This document shows, in pieces, positions 37,519 through 46,939 of a stretch of 62,946 bases of DNA. The notes below the pieces were generated by a model, which saw nothing but the letters and a program-made list of their open reading frames with translations, had not been told where the DNA came from and searched no databases. Both the position numbers and the translations under genes were made by a program. How positions within the stretch are numbered: the first letter of the stretch is position 1; every line of letters begins with the position of its first letter. The stretch lies in the NCBI GenBank assembly GCA_031361585.1, contig JANLRK010000672.1:1-62946 (forward strand), written 5' to 3'. Source of the stretch: Pirellula sp. (GTDB lineage Bacteria; Planctomycetota; Planctomycetia; Pirellulales; Pirellulaceae).

Positions 37519-39096
37519 CTATTCGGAATCCCATTCCCGTGACAAAGGGTATTCTCGATCGGTGCTCTCTGTTGGAATGGACGAGGTCGAATCGGAAAGG
37601 AGCGGAGAAACAGTCCATGGAGAACTGTCCCAGCGATAGAAGCCTTCTTGCTTATCCTTGGTAATTGGCGAAACCATTGGCTCCGTCTCCTGCGGTTCCG
37701 CTTTCGCTGCGACAGTCGCCGATTCGGTCTCGCAAATATTTTCCAATGCGACTCGGCTGCTTGCAACCGAATCAAACTCGTCCTCTATTGCCGCTTGTCG
37801 AAAGACTGCATTGACGTGATCGAGTGCCACGACGCAATCGATCCATTCGGAAGCGCCGTCTAGAACGGGCGCGTCTACGACATCGACCGCGGATGACAAA
37901 GAGTCTGAAAAATCAGCTGGCTTGCAATTGTCGCGATAACAAGACTCAACTTTGTCGAAGACCTCCGCCAGTCGCAATCCGAGGCGAGCCGCAATCTTGC
38001 TACAGTCGTCAAACTCGGGCGAAAAGTGGATGGCTCCCGACGGTAATTCTGAAACTTTGCCTTTCACGACACCCCAGGGAGTTTGAACATCGACGGCCGC
38101 CCGGGGCAAAACCGTTCGAGCTTGCTTGCGATAACGAATTCCAAGCGTTCCGGTCTGTTGAAACAAAATAAACTCCATCGCCGTTCGGTCATTCGGTTTT
38201 GCGATCACGGTCAACAAGGTCCCTGGGCGGTTCTTTTTCATCTGGATGGGAACGGTGAATACGTCAAGCGCTCCCGCCTTCCAAAGTCGCTCAATGGCAA
38301 ATCCTATTTGCTCTCCAGTAACATCGTCTAGATTGGACTCCATCACCAAGATGGAATCATCGTCCTGCTTCCTTGGCGTGAGTGCGTGTCCGAGTAAGAT
38401 TCGGAGTAGATTGGGGCGATCTGGCATTTCTTTTCGACCGGCTCCGTAACCGATGCGTCCAACTTGCATTGGCGGTATGGATCCAAATTCGGTTGCCAAT
38501 TCAGTAACTATGGCCGCACCGGTAGGTGTTGTCATTTCAATGGGGATTTGCGTCGGGGCGATCGGTACACCCACTAATAATTCGGCTGTCGCAGGGGCTG
38601 GGACACTTACCAATCCGTGAGCGATACGGATCTGCCCCGTTCCCGTTGGAACTGGCGACGCATAGGCTCGCTCGATTTTCAGCATGTCCCATGCGATGGC
38701 AACGCCCAGGATGTCAACTATGGAATCGATTGCCCCCACCTCATGAAACTGCACTCGATCGACGGTTGTGCCATGCACCTTGGCTTCAGCTCTTGCGATT
38801 CTTTCAAAAAGCCGCATCGCCAAGTCCCTTGCTCCAGACGAGATTTGCGCCTTTCGAAGCAGGGATACGATGTCCCGCAAATATCGGTGTGCATGTTCAG
38901 GGGGATGGTCGATTGATAAAAGTTTGCCTCGAAAGCCTTTCCTTGCGGTGTCCGCGACAGAAATTCGAACATCTCCTAAACCCATCGACACAATGGCCGC
39001 TTGCACTGACGATAGATCCGCGCCCGCATCGATTAGCGCCGCTAAAGTCATATCGCCGCTAATGCCGCTAAAGCAATCAAAATACGCAATCTGCAT
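37519..39096 (-). CDS. larC: Nickel insertase LarC with acidic C-terminal extension; start reassigned to ATG 39096
   Basis: YFDCFSGISGDMTLAAL, AEAKVHG, FHEVGAIDSIVD, AHG...VPAPAT, TPTGAA, ESNLDD, MKKNRPG, GTLGIR, PEFDD. Confidence 0.93.
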   Translation of the reverse strand: MQIAYFDCFSGISGDMTLAALIDAGADLSSVQAAIVSMGLGDVRISVADTARKGFRGKLLSIDHPPEHAHRYLRDIVSLLRKAQISSGARDLAMRLFERIARAEAKVHGTTVDRVQFHEVGAIDSIVDILGVAIAWDMLKIERAYASPVPTGTGQIRIAHGLVSVPAPATAELLVGVPIAPTQIPIEMTTPTGAAIVTELATEFGSIPPMQVGRIGYGAGRKEMPDRPNLLRILLGHALTPRKQDDDSILVMESNLDDVTGEQIGFAIERLWKAGALDVFTVPIQMKKNRPGTLLTVIAKPNDRTAMEFILFQQTGTLGIRYRKQARTVLPRAAVDVQTPWGVVKGKVSELPSGAIHFSPEFDDCSKIAARLGLRLAEVFDKVESCYRDNCKPADFSDSLSSAVDVVDAPVLDGASEWIDCVVALDHVNAVFRQAAIEDEFDSVASSRVALENICETESATVAAKAEPQETEPMVSPITKDKQEGFYRWDSSPWTVSPLLSDSTSSIPTESTDREYPLSREWDSE

Positions 39097-39356
39097 GATG
39101 AAACTCGTGGACTGATTCGTTTTTTCGTATTCGATGGTCGAAGATTCAAGCATTTTTGGCGTTGCCACCGCGACGGCCACCGATATACTACGCGATTCCC
39201 GAAACCTACAAGATAGTCGAAAACACGTTGAAGATCATACAAGGCAATTCCACTGTTCAAACAGTCGGAAATTGGCCTGAACAGATCGAAACCTGCCGGT
39301 TGGTTGGCGACGGTCCGTTTTGGGGTTCATCCGTCTAAAACTTGGAGTTAGTTAAA

Positions 39357-39509
39357 ATGAAAGTCGTTTCGTCCATTGGGGCGTTAAAATATCGCCATCC
39401 CGATTGCCAAGTGGTTCGCCGCCGTGGTCGTATCTACGTGATTTGCAAAAGCAATCCACGATACAAGGTTCGACAAGGCATCGCGAAGAGCAAACGACGC
39501 AAACGCTAA
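39357..39509 (+). CDS. rpmJ: 50S ribosomal protein L36, type B (C-minus, YkgO-like); not in the ORF track
   Basis: Manual translation: [50 protein letters not shown]; GGAG RBS. Confidence 0.95.
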   Translation: MKVVSSIGALKYRHPDCQVVRRRGRIYVICKSNPRYKVRQGIAKSKRRKR

Positions 39510-39571
39510 TGACCCGATCTTTCAACAGCTAGCGCCCTCAAGTTCGCCAGCGCCGTGAAGTTGAGAATCAA

Positions 39572-40591
39572 ATGAAATTAAGAATCGGAGTTATTGGGCG
39601 AGGTCGCGACTGGCAGTCACGTTACCTACCTGCTCTCCGATCCATGCGAGATCGATTTCAGGTCGTCGGTGTCTACAATAGCGTATCGGTTCTCGCCGAC
39701 TCGGCGGCCCGCGACCTTGACGCAGAGAGATTCGATAGTTTCCGCGCAATTACGGAGAGCCCAGGTCTCGACGCAGTTCTCGTGCTTGAGGACGATTGGT
39801 ACCGGCTGATGCCTTTGATTGCTGCCTGCGATTATGGTAAAGGGGTCTTTTGTGGGGCTGAGCTGAATTTGGATTTTGGTACAGCCAATTTGATTCGCGA
39901 TAAAATCTATTCTTCAGGTATCGCGTTCATGACGGAATTTCCGAGACGCTTTGCTCCGGCCACGCTCCGCCTCAAAGAATTGATTGCGACCAGACTAGGC
40001 AGGCCTAGATTGTTGTTCTGCCATCGACGACTTGCTTGTGAAAGCCATGAACTTCGCAATACGAAATCCCTCGACGCACGGTCACAAAGGGAACTCATCG
40101 AATTAGTGGATTGGTGCAGTTACATAGTTGCAGATGAGCCATGTTGGGTTCAAGCGATTCGCCATTGTCGAGCACACTCCATCCAAAGCGCCGACTATCA
40201 AATACTAAGTCTTGGATTCGGCTCGCCCGAAACCGACCCAAAGGGAATCCTCGCACAGATCAGCTGCGGTGCTTACATTCCGGAAGTTTGGCATGAAGCC
40301 ATTGCGTATCGACCACCGGCAGCAATTCAAGTATGCTGCGAAAAAGGGGTTGCTTTCGTCGATTTACCAAGCACGCTGGTGTGGTTCGATGAAGCCGGTC
40401 GGCATCAAGAATCGCTCGATACGGAACTTCCTGTCGGTCAACAAATGCTTGGTCAGTTCCATCGCGCGATTACGGCACTCGTTCGGAAAGCAAACGATCT
40501 TGAGGACACGTGCAGAGCACTCCGAATTCTAGACTCTGCAAAGAAGAGCACGGAGACGCAGTCCCGCGTTGTACTTGGAAACTCTCTGTAG
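39572..40591 (+). CDS. Gfo/Idh/MocA-family protein (degenerate motifs)
   Basis: KLRIGVIG.G..W...Y.PAL; LDAV; the EKP motif position reads GAE. Confidence 0.8.
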   Translation: MKLRIGVIGRGRDWQSRYLPALRSMRDRFQVVGVYNSVSVLADSAARDLDAERFDSFRAITESPGLDAVLVLEDDWYRLMPLIAACDYGKGVFCGAELNLDFGTANLIRDKIYSSGIAFMTEFPRRFAPATLRLKELIATRLGRPRLLFCHRRLACESHELRNTKSLDARSQRELIELVDWCSYIVADEPCWVQAIRHCRAHSIQSADYQILSLGFGSPETDPKGILAQISCGAYIPEVWHEAIAYRPPAAIQVCCEKGVAFVDLPSTLVWFDEAGRHQESLDTELPVGQQMLGQFHRAITALVRKANDLEDTCRALRILDSAKKSTETQSRVVLGNSL

Positions 40592-40615
40592 AAAATTCAT
40601 TAAAGCCCGAAGGAT

Positions 40616-41821
40616 TCACCGTTCGAACTGCGGTAGCAACGAATGAACCTGCAGTATCATCTTCGGCTGGGACAGTTGTGGGTCCGTTTGCGAGGGATCT
40701 CTGTCTACCAATTTGCCTAATACCAAGCAACTTACAGGAAGAGTTGCAGCGTCTGCACGCCACGCGCCTGGTAATACTTCAATGGTGAGTTTTGCTGCGC
40801 CGAATGGCCATTTCTCGTGAACAATCCAAGAGGTGTTGGGCGAAGGTTCATTCTCCGCTTCTAGAATGATCACAGTAGCAACATAGTCATACATGGATGC
40901 CGAGGAAATGGTGGGCAACTCTCCAATTGCGCCACGTTTAATAGCCTTCTGGATATTCGGATCAGTCAAAATCTCTTTCGAAAGAGACTCGAGCTCCCGT
41001 CGCCAAACTGCCGCAGAGCGACCAGAAAGCGTGGATGATTGTTCTGACAATTGCCGTATCGCAGTATAGTATTCTCCGACCATTTGAGGTCGGCTAAGCT
41101 CCGGGGTATCGTACCATTTTTTTTGGAGGGACCTCAATTGCGCTATGGTTTCGGAAATGGAGTTTGCGCTGGTCTCCGGAGGAGCGACTGCGACGGACTC
41201 AGATTTCAAATTGCTGGATTCTTCCCTGAGTGCTTTCGCTGCTTTTTTTGAATGGATGTCCGACGAGATTTCTCTGTCTAGACTTGGAAAACTTTTGTTC
41301 GGCCACGTTGTGGATCGATTGCGAAGCTCACGCGAATCTTGAGATGAATTTCCAATCGGGGTATTCCTAAGCTTCTCAGGCACAATCCATGGGACATACT
41401 CCGCGACAACAGGCCCAGCCGAACCGATGTCCTTGCCGAATCCATACCACATGATCGACGTGGCGATCGGAAGCGCGGCCAAACCACCTAGTACCGGCGG
41501 GATGATTTTACGAAAGGCGGAAACTTCTCGCGGCCTAGGTCGACGCAAGGTCGATTCGAGAACGCTCCAGTCTGGCCCACGCAACAGCTCACCATCGGTA
41601 CCGGGGTCTTCGTGTTCGATTTCCAATTCCAATTGCGGAATCGGAATTTGCTGCAATGAGCATTCCTCGCCTTTCATCTCCTCATCCATCGCGCTCGGAT
41701 CCCAAATCCACTCTTCCCCACAATTGGGGCAGTGAATAGCGACCGGAACGGAGTCGTCTTCCAATCGTTCCGGTTCAATAAAATGGGTCCCGCAAACTTT
41801 GCAGAGTTCGAACTGCCGCAT
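40616..41821 (-). CDS. Zn-ribbon / single-TM hypothetical protein
   Basis: CKVC...CPNC at the N-terminus, acidic linker, TM (PPVLGGLAALPIA..IMWYGFG). Confidence 0.7.
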   Translation of the reverse strand: MRQFELCKVCGTHFIEPERLEDDSVPVAIHCPNCGEEWIWDPSAMDEEMKGEECSLQQIPIPQLELEIEHEDPGTDGELLRGPDWSVLESTLRRPRPREVSAFRKIIPPVLGGLAALPIATSIMWYGFGKDIGSAGPVVAEYVPWIVPEKLRNTPIGNSSQDSRELRNRSTTWPNKSFPSLDREISSDIHSKKAAKALREESSNLKSESVAVAPPETSANSISETIAQLRSLQKKWYDTPELSRPQMVGEYYTAIRQLSEQSSTLSGRSAAVWRRELESLSKEILTDPNIQKAIKRGAIGELPTISSASMYDYVATVIILEAENEPSPNTSWIVHEKWPFGAAKLTIEVLPGAWRADAATLPVSCLVLGKLVDRDPSQTDPQLSQPKMILQVHSLLPQFER

Positions 41822-42009
41822 GGAAGAGCACCGAAAAAGTGAATTAGACGAAATTACTCAGCGACATTTTAGATCTCGCGAGTCCGGTCGCTGTTCTCAT
41901 TAAGAATAGCAACCAAAATTTTGATTTGCATGCGTAAAGCTCCGAAAACCTATTGGTTCTGCCCGAGTGCTTCGTCATGACTAAAAAATAGGACCGGGAT
42001 CAAATTGGT

Positions 42010-42166
42010 GCTCGGCACTCCGCGCCGAAAACTACGGCTTAAAGTGTAGCTCGGCACTAAGTGCCGAAAACTACGGCACGGAGTGTAGCTCGGCACTCCG
42101 TGCCGAAAACTACGGCACGGAGTGCCGTGCTACACTGAAAACTACGGCACGAGTGCCCTGCTACAC
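42010..42166. repeat. REP-type cluster: 39-bp tandem unit x3 plus terminal REP halves
   Basis: GCTCGGCAC at 42010, 42049 and 42088; each unit holds CGGCACTCCGTGCCG and ACGGCACGGAGT; ends ...GCTACAC. Confidence 0.88.
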
Positions 42167-42394
42167 CGGAAATACAGCCCCCCCTAAGAATTAGACTTGA
42201 AGCCGCTTTGGCTGCAAAAACGAAGCGATTGAAGAAGGATTTGGAATGGCTATCAATTACCGAATTACGAATGAGACTTGGCTGATGGGAGAATTTGGAA
42301 CATACTCTGTGAATGGCGGCATTTAATTAGCGGTAATTAATTGTTTCGTTGCCGCGGTCCCACCCAATTGACCACCCCTTACGATCCCCTCCTT

Positions 42395-43363
42395 ATGCTT
42401 CTACGCAACGCGCGGCTCGGCTTTATTGCCATAATCGCCTTGGTTTCTCTCCGTTTTGTGATTGGCTTTCACTTCTATATGGAGGGATCAACTAAGGTTC
42501 GAGAAGGTGGGTTTTCGTCCACTGGTTTTTTGACTTCAGCCAAGGGGCCGTTTGCAAAAAGATTCCAATCGATGGTTGCTGATTTCGACGGCTCCATTCG
42601 CTTGGACACTGGCAAGGACAAGGAAAAGCCTGAAACGAAGGACGATTATAAATACGGTGCCCTTAAACAAGCCTACGATGGATTCGCCGCAGAGGCAGCC
42701 GCGTTGTACAAGTTTACGGAGGAACAATCGGCCGACTCCAAGAAGATTATCGAAGAGTGCCGAAAAGAACTTGTAGAGACTTACACCAACTACAAGTCGG
42801 AAATAGACGAATACAAAAACGGTATGCCACGTATCGCTTCACTCGAAAAGGATGAGATGCGATCCAATGTCGCGTCGATGCGCAAACAAAGGGATGAGAT
42901 AGAGTCAAAATGGAAATCGCTGCCCAAACTGGCTTTAAACGACATCGACAAGATTAGCAATGAACTAGAAAGACGAATCAATTCTCTGGCCACGGAACAG
43001 CAATCTACGTTCGACACGAAGAAGATCTATGCCAGTTTCAGGCTGCCGAGCAATGCGCCAATCGATGTTAAACTCATCGACAAGTATCTACCCATATTCG
43101 ATATGAGCGTAGGAATCCTGTTGATGCTGGGACTGCTGACTCCGCTGGCGGGATTGGCTGCAGGGATCTTCCTTGGTTCAGTAGTCTTGACACAGTTCCC
43201 AGGCAGCCACGGATCACTGCCAACCTACTATCAGGCAATCGAGATGGTTGCCTGCTTCTTCCTGGCGTTTTCCGACGCTGGGCGATACGCTGGATTAGAC
43301 TTTTTCCCTTGGAGTTTTTGGCATCGTAACCAGAAGTCTCCTCGGGCTAGACTTAAATACTAA
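42395..43363 (+). CDS. DoxX-family membrane protein with large helical insertion
   Basis: LRFVIGFHFYMEG..K, FSS.GFL..AKGP, GILLMLGLLT, AGRYAGLD. Confidence 0.85.
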   Translation: MLLRNARLGFIAIIALVSLRFVIGFHFYMEGSTKVREGGFSSTGFLTSAKGPFAKRFQSMVADFDGSIRLDTGKDKEKPETKDDYKYGALKQAYDGFAAEAAALYKFTEEQSADSKKIIEECRKELVETYTNYKSEIDEYKNGMPRIASLEKDEMRSNVASMRKQRDEIESKWKSLPKLALNDIDKISNELERRINSLATEQQSTFDTKKIYASFRLPSNAPIDVKLIDKYLPIFDMSVGILLMLGLLTPLAGLAAGIFLGSVVLTQFPGSHGSLPTYYQAIEMVACFFLAFSDAGRYAGLDFFPWSFWHRNQKSPRARLKY

Positions 43364-43432
43364 TCAAGTACTTGTCCCCCAATTGATTGACAATAAAACC
43401 CTAACTATCCGATCACGATAGGAGTATTCAAA

Positions 43433-45244
43433 ATGACCCCGTTAAGCCCAGAAGATCGCACTACCGGAAAAAACAATTTTGATGAAGCGGTAGGCTTCAC
43501 TCGTCGCGAGTTCATGCAAGGTGTAGTAGCTGCGGGCGCCGTTTCCGGAGGCGGACTCGGTGCAATGTATTTTGGTTATGAGAAGGTCAATAATCCAGTC
43601 CGAATTGGCATCATTGGGACCGGCGATGAAGGAAATGTACTGATCGGTGGTTGTACACCGGACTACGTCCAGGTCACTGCCATCGCAGACATTCGACCTT
43701 ACAGTATTTATCGTGCGTTTCATGGCGACTGGTCGTCTCCTGCCGCCAACGCGGCTCGCCCCGGATTGATTAAGCAATACAAATACGCGAGCGAAGCCGA
43801 GGCTCGGAAGAATGTAAAGGTCTATGACGCTAGCAACGGTGGCATTGAAGCTTTGCTCGACGACGATTCCATTGAAGGCGTGATAATCGCTTTGCCACTT
43901 CACTTGCATGCTCCCATCGCTGTGCAAGCGATGAACCGTGGCTTACACGTTTTGACAGAGAAATTGATGGCTCATAACGTGGCACAGTGCAAGGTTATGG
44001 CGAGAGTGGCTGGAATGAAAAACGACAAAAATGGAAAACCCATCCATTGTGCGACGGGTCACCAACGCCATTACAGCGTGCTTTACGACAACGCGGTCCA
44101 CATGCTGCGATGGGGCATGATTGGTCAGTTGCATCATATTCGCGCCCAGTGGCATCGAGGCAATCTACCGGGCAAGGATTCCTGGCAGCCGCCGATTCCT
44201 GGCACTGACGGTGGCAAACCTGGCAAAATCGAAGCCGAATTAGCTAAATTCGAAAAGGATTTGGCTGCAGCGTCAAGTCCGTCTGAGAAAGACTTGCTCT
44301 TGAAGAAAGTTTCGCAATGGGCTGCGTGGACAAAGGATATTGTAGATGCTGCCAGATTCGGATATGTAGAAAAGCAGATGGGAAGTTATACGCGATCGGC
44401 TATCGAGGAGTTGATTCGATGGCGGACCTTTGACAGGACGGGTGGCGGTCTGATGGCCGAACTGGGTAGCCATCAATTGGATGCCTCAACCATTTTCTGC
44501 AGCGCTCTGCGAACCGACGGAAAGAAGGCGCACCCGCTCACGGTTCACGCCGTCGGTGGTCGACATATCTTCCCGGCAGACCGCGATGCAGAAGACCACG
44601 TCTACTGTTCATTCGAGTTCCCGGGCCCTGACTATAGCGAAACGTTCGACGCTGGTTACAAAATTCCTAATGTAAAAAAGATACCGTCCTATAAAGAAGA
44701 CCCGAACAAAAAAATCGTGGTCAATTATTCGTCGATCAACGGCAATGGTTTTGGTGGCTATGGCGAAGTCGTGTTGGGCACCAAGGGCACGATGATCATC
44801 GACCAAGAGAAAGAGGTCATGCTGTACGCGGGCTCCGACTCCTCGGCATCAGCCGGCGTGAAATCCAACAAGGGCGGCTACGCTCTCGATACGCAATCGA
44901 GCGGCGGTGCGGCCGCCCCGATCGCAAAAGCCGCCTCGGGCGGTGGACCTCCGAGCAAGGGTTACACCGAAGAAATTGAACACTGGGCTTACTGCATACG
45001 CAATCCTGACCCTGCAAATCGTCCCAAGTGCTATCCTGAAGTTGCCATGGCTGATGCGGTCATCGCCTTGACCACGAACGTCGCAATGAAAAGGGGTGCG
45101 CGGGGCGAAGCCGGTTGGATCAAATTCGATGAAGCATGGTTCGATACCAAGTCGGACGAAACTCCGGACGGGAGTAGCGTGGTTGAGGAAAAGTCGAGGC
45201 TCGAGAAATATGAGATACACGGCGGTAAGTCCTCTACTGCTTAG
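43433..45244 (+). CDS. Tat-exported Gfo/Idh/MocA oxidoreductase
   Basis: TRREF Tat motif, IGIIGTGDEG, ALPLHLHA, LTEKLMA, GHQRHY, GGGLMAELGSHQLD; AGGAG RBS. Confidence 0.9.
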   Translation: MTPLSPEDRTTGKNNFDEAVGFTRREFMQGVVAAGAVSGGGLGAMYFGYEKVNNPVRIGIIGTGDEGNVLIGGCTPDYVQVTAIADIRPYSIYRAFHGDWSSPAANAARPGLIKQYKYASEAEARKNVKVYDASNGGIEALLDDDSIEGVIIALPLHLHAPIAVQAMNRGLHVLTEKLMAHNVAQCKVMARVAGMKNDKNGKPIHCATGHQRHYSVLYDNAVHMLRWGMIGQLHHIRAQWHRGNLPGKDSWQPPIPGTDGGKPGKIEAELAKFEKDLAAASSPSEKDLLLKKVSQWAAWTKDIVDAARFGYVEKQMGSYTRSAIEELIRWRTFDRTGGGLMAELGSHQLDASTIFCSALRTDGKKAHPLTVHAVGGRHIFPADRDAEDHVYCSFEFPGPDYSETFDAGYKIPNVKKIPSYKEDPNKKIVVNYSSINGNGFGGYGEVVLGTKGTMIIDQEKEVMLYAGSDSSASAGVKSNKGGYALDTQSSGGAAAPIAKAASGGGPPSKGYTEEIEHWAYCIRNPDPANRPKCYPEVAMADAVIALTTNVAMKRGARGEAGWIKFDEAWFDTKSDETPDGSSVVEEKSRLEKYEIHGGKSSTA

Positions 45245-45289
45245 CTTCCAGGCTAGTCTAAACATTTCCCCGACTGGCAAGGCAACCAA

Positions 45290-45817
45290 GTGACGGCAGA
45301 TCTGATTTTGAACGATAAGAAACATCCCGGAAGCCTATCTGGCCGAATGTTTGTTGTCCCATTCGTTCTTGTGCTCGTGGTCTTGGGAGGACTCATGTTT
45401 GCAGTGGCTGCACGCTTTCAATCCATCATGGCGCAATTAGAAGAATCCAGGTCGCTTTGGCCAACTGCTTCTCAAGAACTCGGACTGCGATACGATCGAA
45501 TGAACGATTTTTTTAATAATGTATCTGTAGCCGATGCGGTCAAACAAGATTGGATGAATTGTCAGACGGAGTTCAGGGCTTCGAGCCAGTTTGATCGGCA
45601 ATCGATCGCGTCGCAACGGATCGAGAATCGGATCCGGCAATCCCTCGATGAGCTTCAGCGAAACTTTACAGATTTCGAAAAGCCTGAAATTCTTAAACTG
45701 ACAAAAATGGAAGGCCGTCGAAAGAAATCTCAGGAAGGTATCGTTGGTTGGTTGACGGTTCAGGGATTAAGGCTCAAGTTGCCACCCATTTACGATCCAA
45801 TAGTGAAGAACAAATAG
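45290..45817 (+). CDS. Hypothetical single-TM helical protein (faint LemA-like resemblance)
   Basis: N-terminal TM, then W.....L..RY; packed against holB. Confidence 0.55.
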   Translation: MTADLILNDKKHPGSLSGRMFVVPFVLVLVVLGGLMFAVAARFQSIMAQLEESRSLWPTASQELGLRYDRMNDFFNNVSVADAVKQDWMNCQTEFRASSQFDRQSIASQRIENRIRQSLDELQRNFTDFEKPEILKLTKMEGRRKKSQEGIVGWLTVQGLRLKLPPIYDPIVKNK

Positions 45818-45825
45818 ACAGAGAG

Positions 45826-46875
45826 ATGGATTGGAATAGCTACCTAGGTCACGAACGACAGAGAAGTTGGTTTCGGAACGCAATTCAAAAAAATCGACTT
45901 GCGAGCACGTTCCTCATGGTCGGCCCAGATGGAATCGGCAAGAGGACATTTGCGAGGTTGATCGCGAAGACCATGCTGTGTACAGGGTCTGAGCCGTCTG
46001 CATTCGCTCCCTGCGGCCGATGCGAAGCGTGTGCGCAAATCGAAGCCAGTTCGCATCCCGACCTCATCGAAATCGCTAGACGTCCGGACAAGACCGGCTT
46101 GGTTCTAGAACAATTAGTGGGCGAAGGGGAAAGGCGGATGCGCGAAGGGTTGTGCTACGAACTTCGTATGAAACCCTATTCCGGACGACGCAAGATCGCC
46201 ATCGTGGACGACGCAGACACGATCGCAGAGGAAGGAGCTAATAGTTTGCTCAAGACCCTGGAGGAACCTCCGGCGGGTTCCCTCATCTTTCTGATTAGTA
46301 CCAGCGTTCAACGGCAGCTTCCGACGATACGATCGCGATGCCAAATGGCTCGCTTCCAACCTTTGACCGTGGATTGCTTGGCGCAATTGATCTTGCGAAT
46401 GGGATTGGCGGAGAATCCAGTTATCGCAATGAATTTGGCCGCTCAAGCTGGCGGTTCCATGGCTACCGTCGCGAACTGGACAAACGACGAACTCAATTCG
46501 TTTCGTTTAGAATTATTTCACCAGCTTGTTCAGCGTCCGCTAGACTTTACCAAGCTCGCCAAAGCAGTTCAGGGCAATATGGAGTCGGTTGGAGCGGACT
46601 CGCAACCGAGGCGAGAACGGCTCAAGGTCATCTTGGATTTCGCATTGCAGTTTTATCGATCTGGAATGCAATCACGATTAAGAGCTCAATCGGCTCAAGC
46701 GGACAACGCGACTGACATCGTGCGTTATGGTCACCTGATGTCTTTGCATTCCGATGTATTTGTCACTGCCATTAATCGCTGCTTGGAGGCCCGCGAGCAT
46801 TTGGACCGAATGGTTAGCCCGGCGTCACTCATCGAAGCCTGGGCAGCCGACCTCGCAGTCATCTCACAAGCGTAA
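45826..46875 (+). CDS. holB: DNA polymerase III subunit delta'; start reassigned to ATG 45826
   Basis: GH, GPDGIGK, C..PCG.C..C Zn module, HPD, DDAD....GANSLLKTLEEPP, LPTIRSRCQ. Confidence 0.92.
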   Translation: MDWNSYLGHERQRSWFRNAIQKNRLASTFLMVGPDGIGKRTFARLIAKTMLCTGSEPSAFAPCGRCEACAQIEASSHPDLIEIARRPDKTGLVLEQLVGEGERRMREGLCYELRMKPYSGRRKIAIVDDADTIAEEGANSLLKTLEEPPAGSLIFLISTSVQRQLPTIRSRCQMARFQPLTVDCLAQLILRMGLAENPVIAMNLAAQAGGSMATVANWTNDELNSFRLELFHQLVQRPLDFTKLAKAVQGNMESVGADSQPRRERLKVILDFALQFYRSGMQSRLRAQSAQADNATDIVRYGHLMSLHSDVFVTAINRCLEAREHLDRMVSPASLIEAWAADLAVISQA

Positions 46876-46939
46876 ATCGATCAACCGAGAGCCGCAAGCC
46901 TCACCCTTACCCACAGCTTTTTTTGGCTTCCTCAAACGA

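Noticed and set aside
42010-42166. Possible CRISPR array
   Set aside because: Units are contiguous 39-bp repeats with no unique spacers and there are no cas genes in the window; the structure is REP-like.
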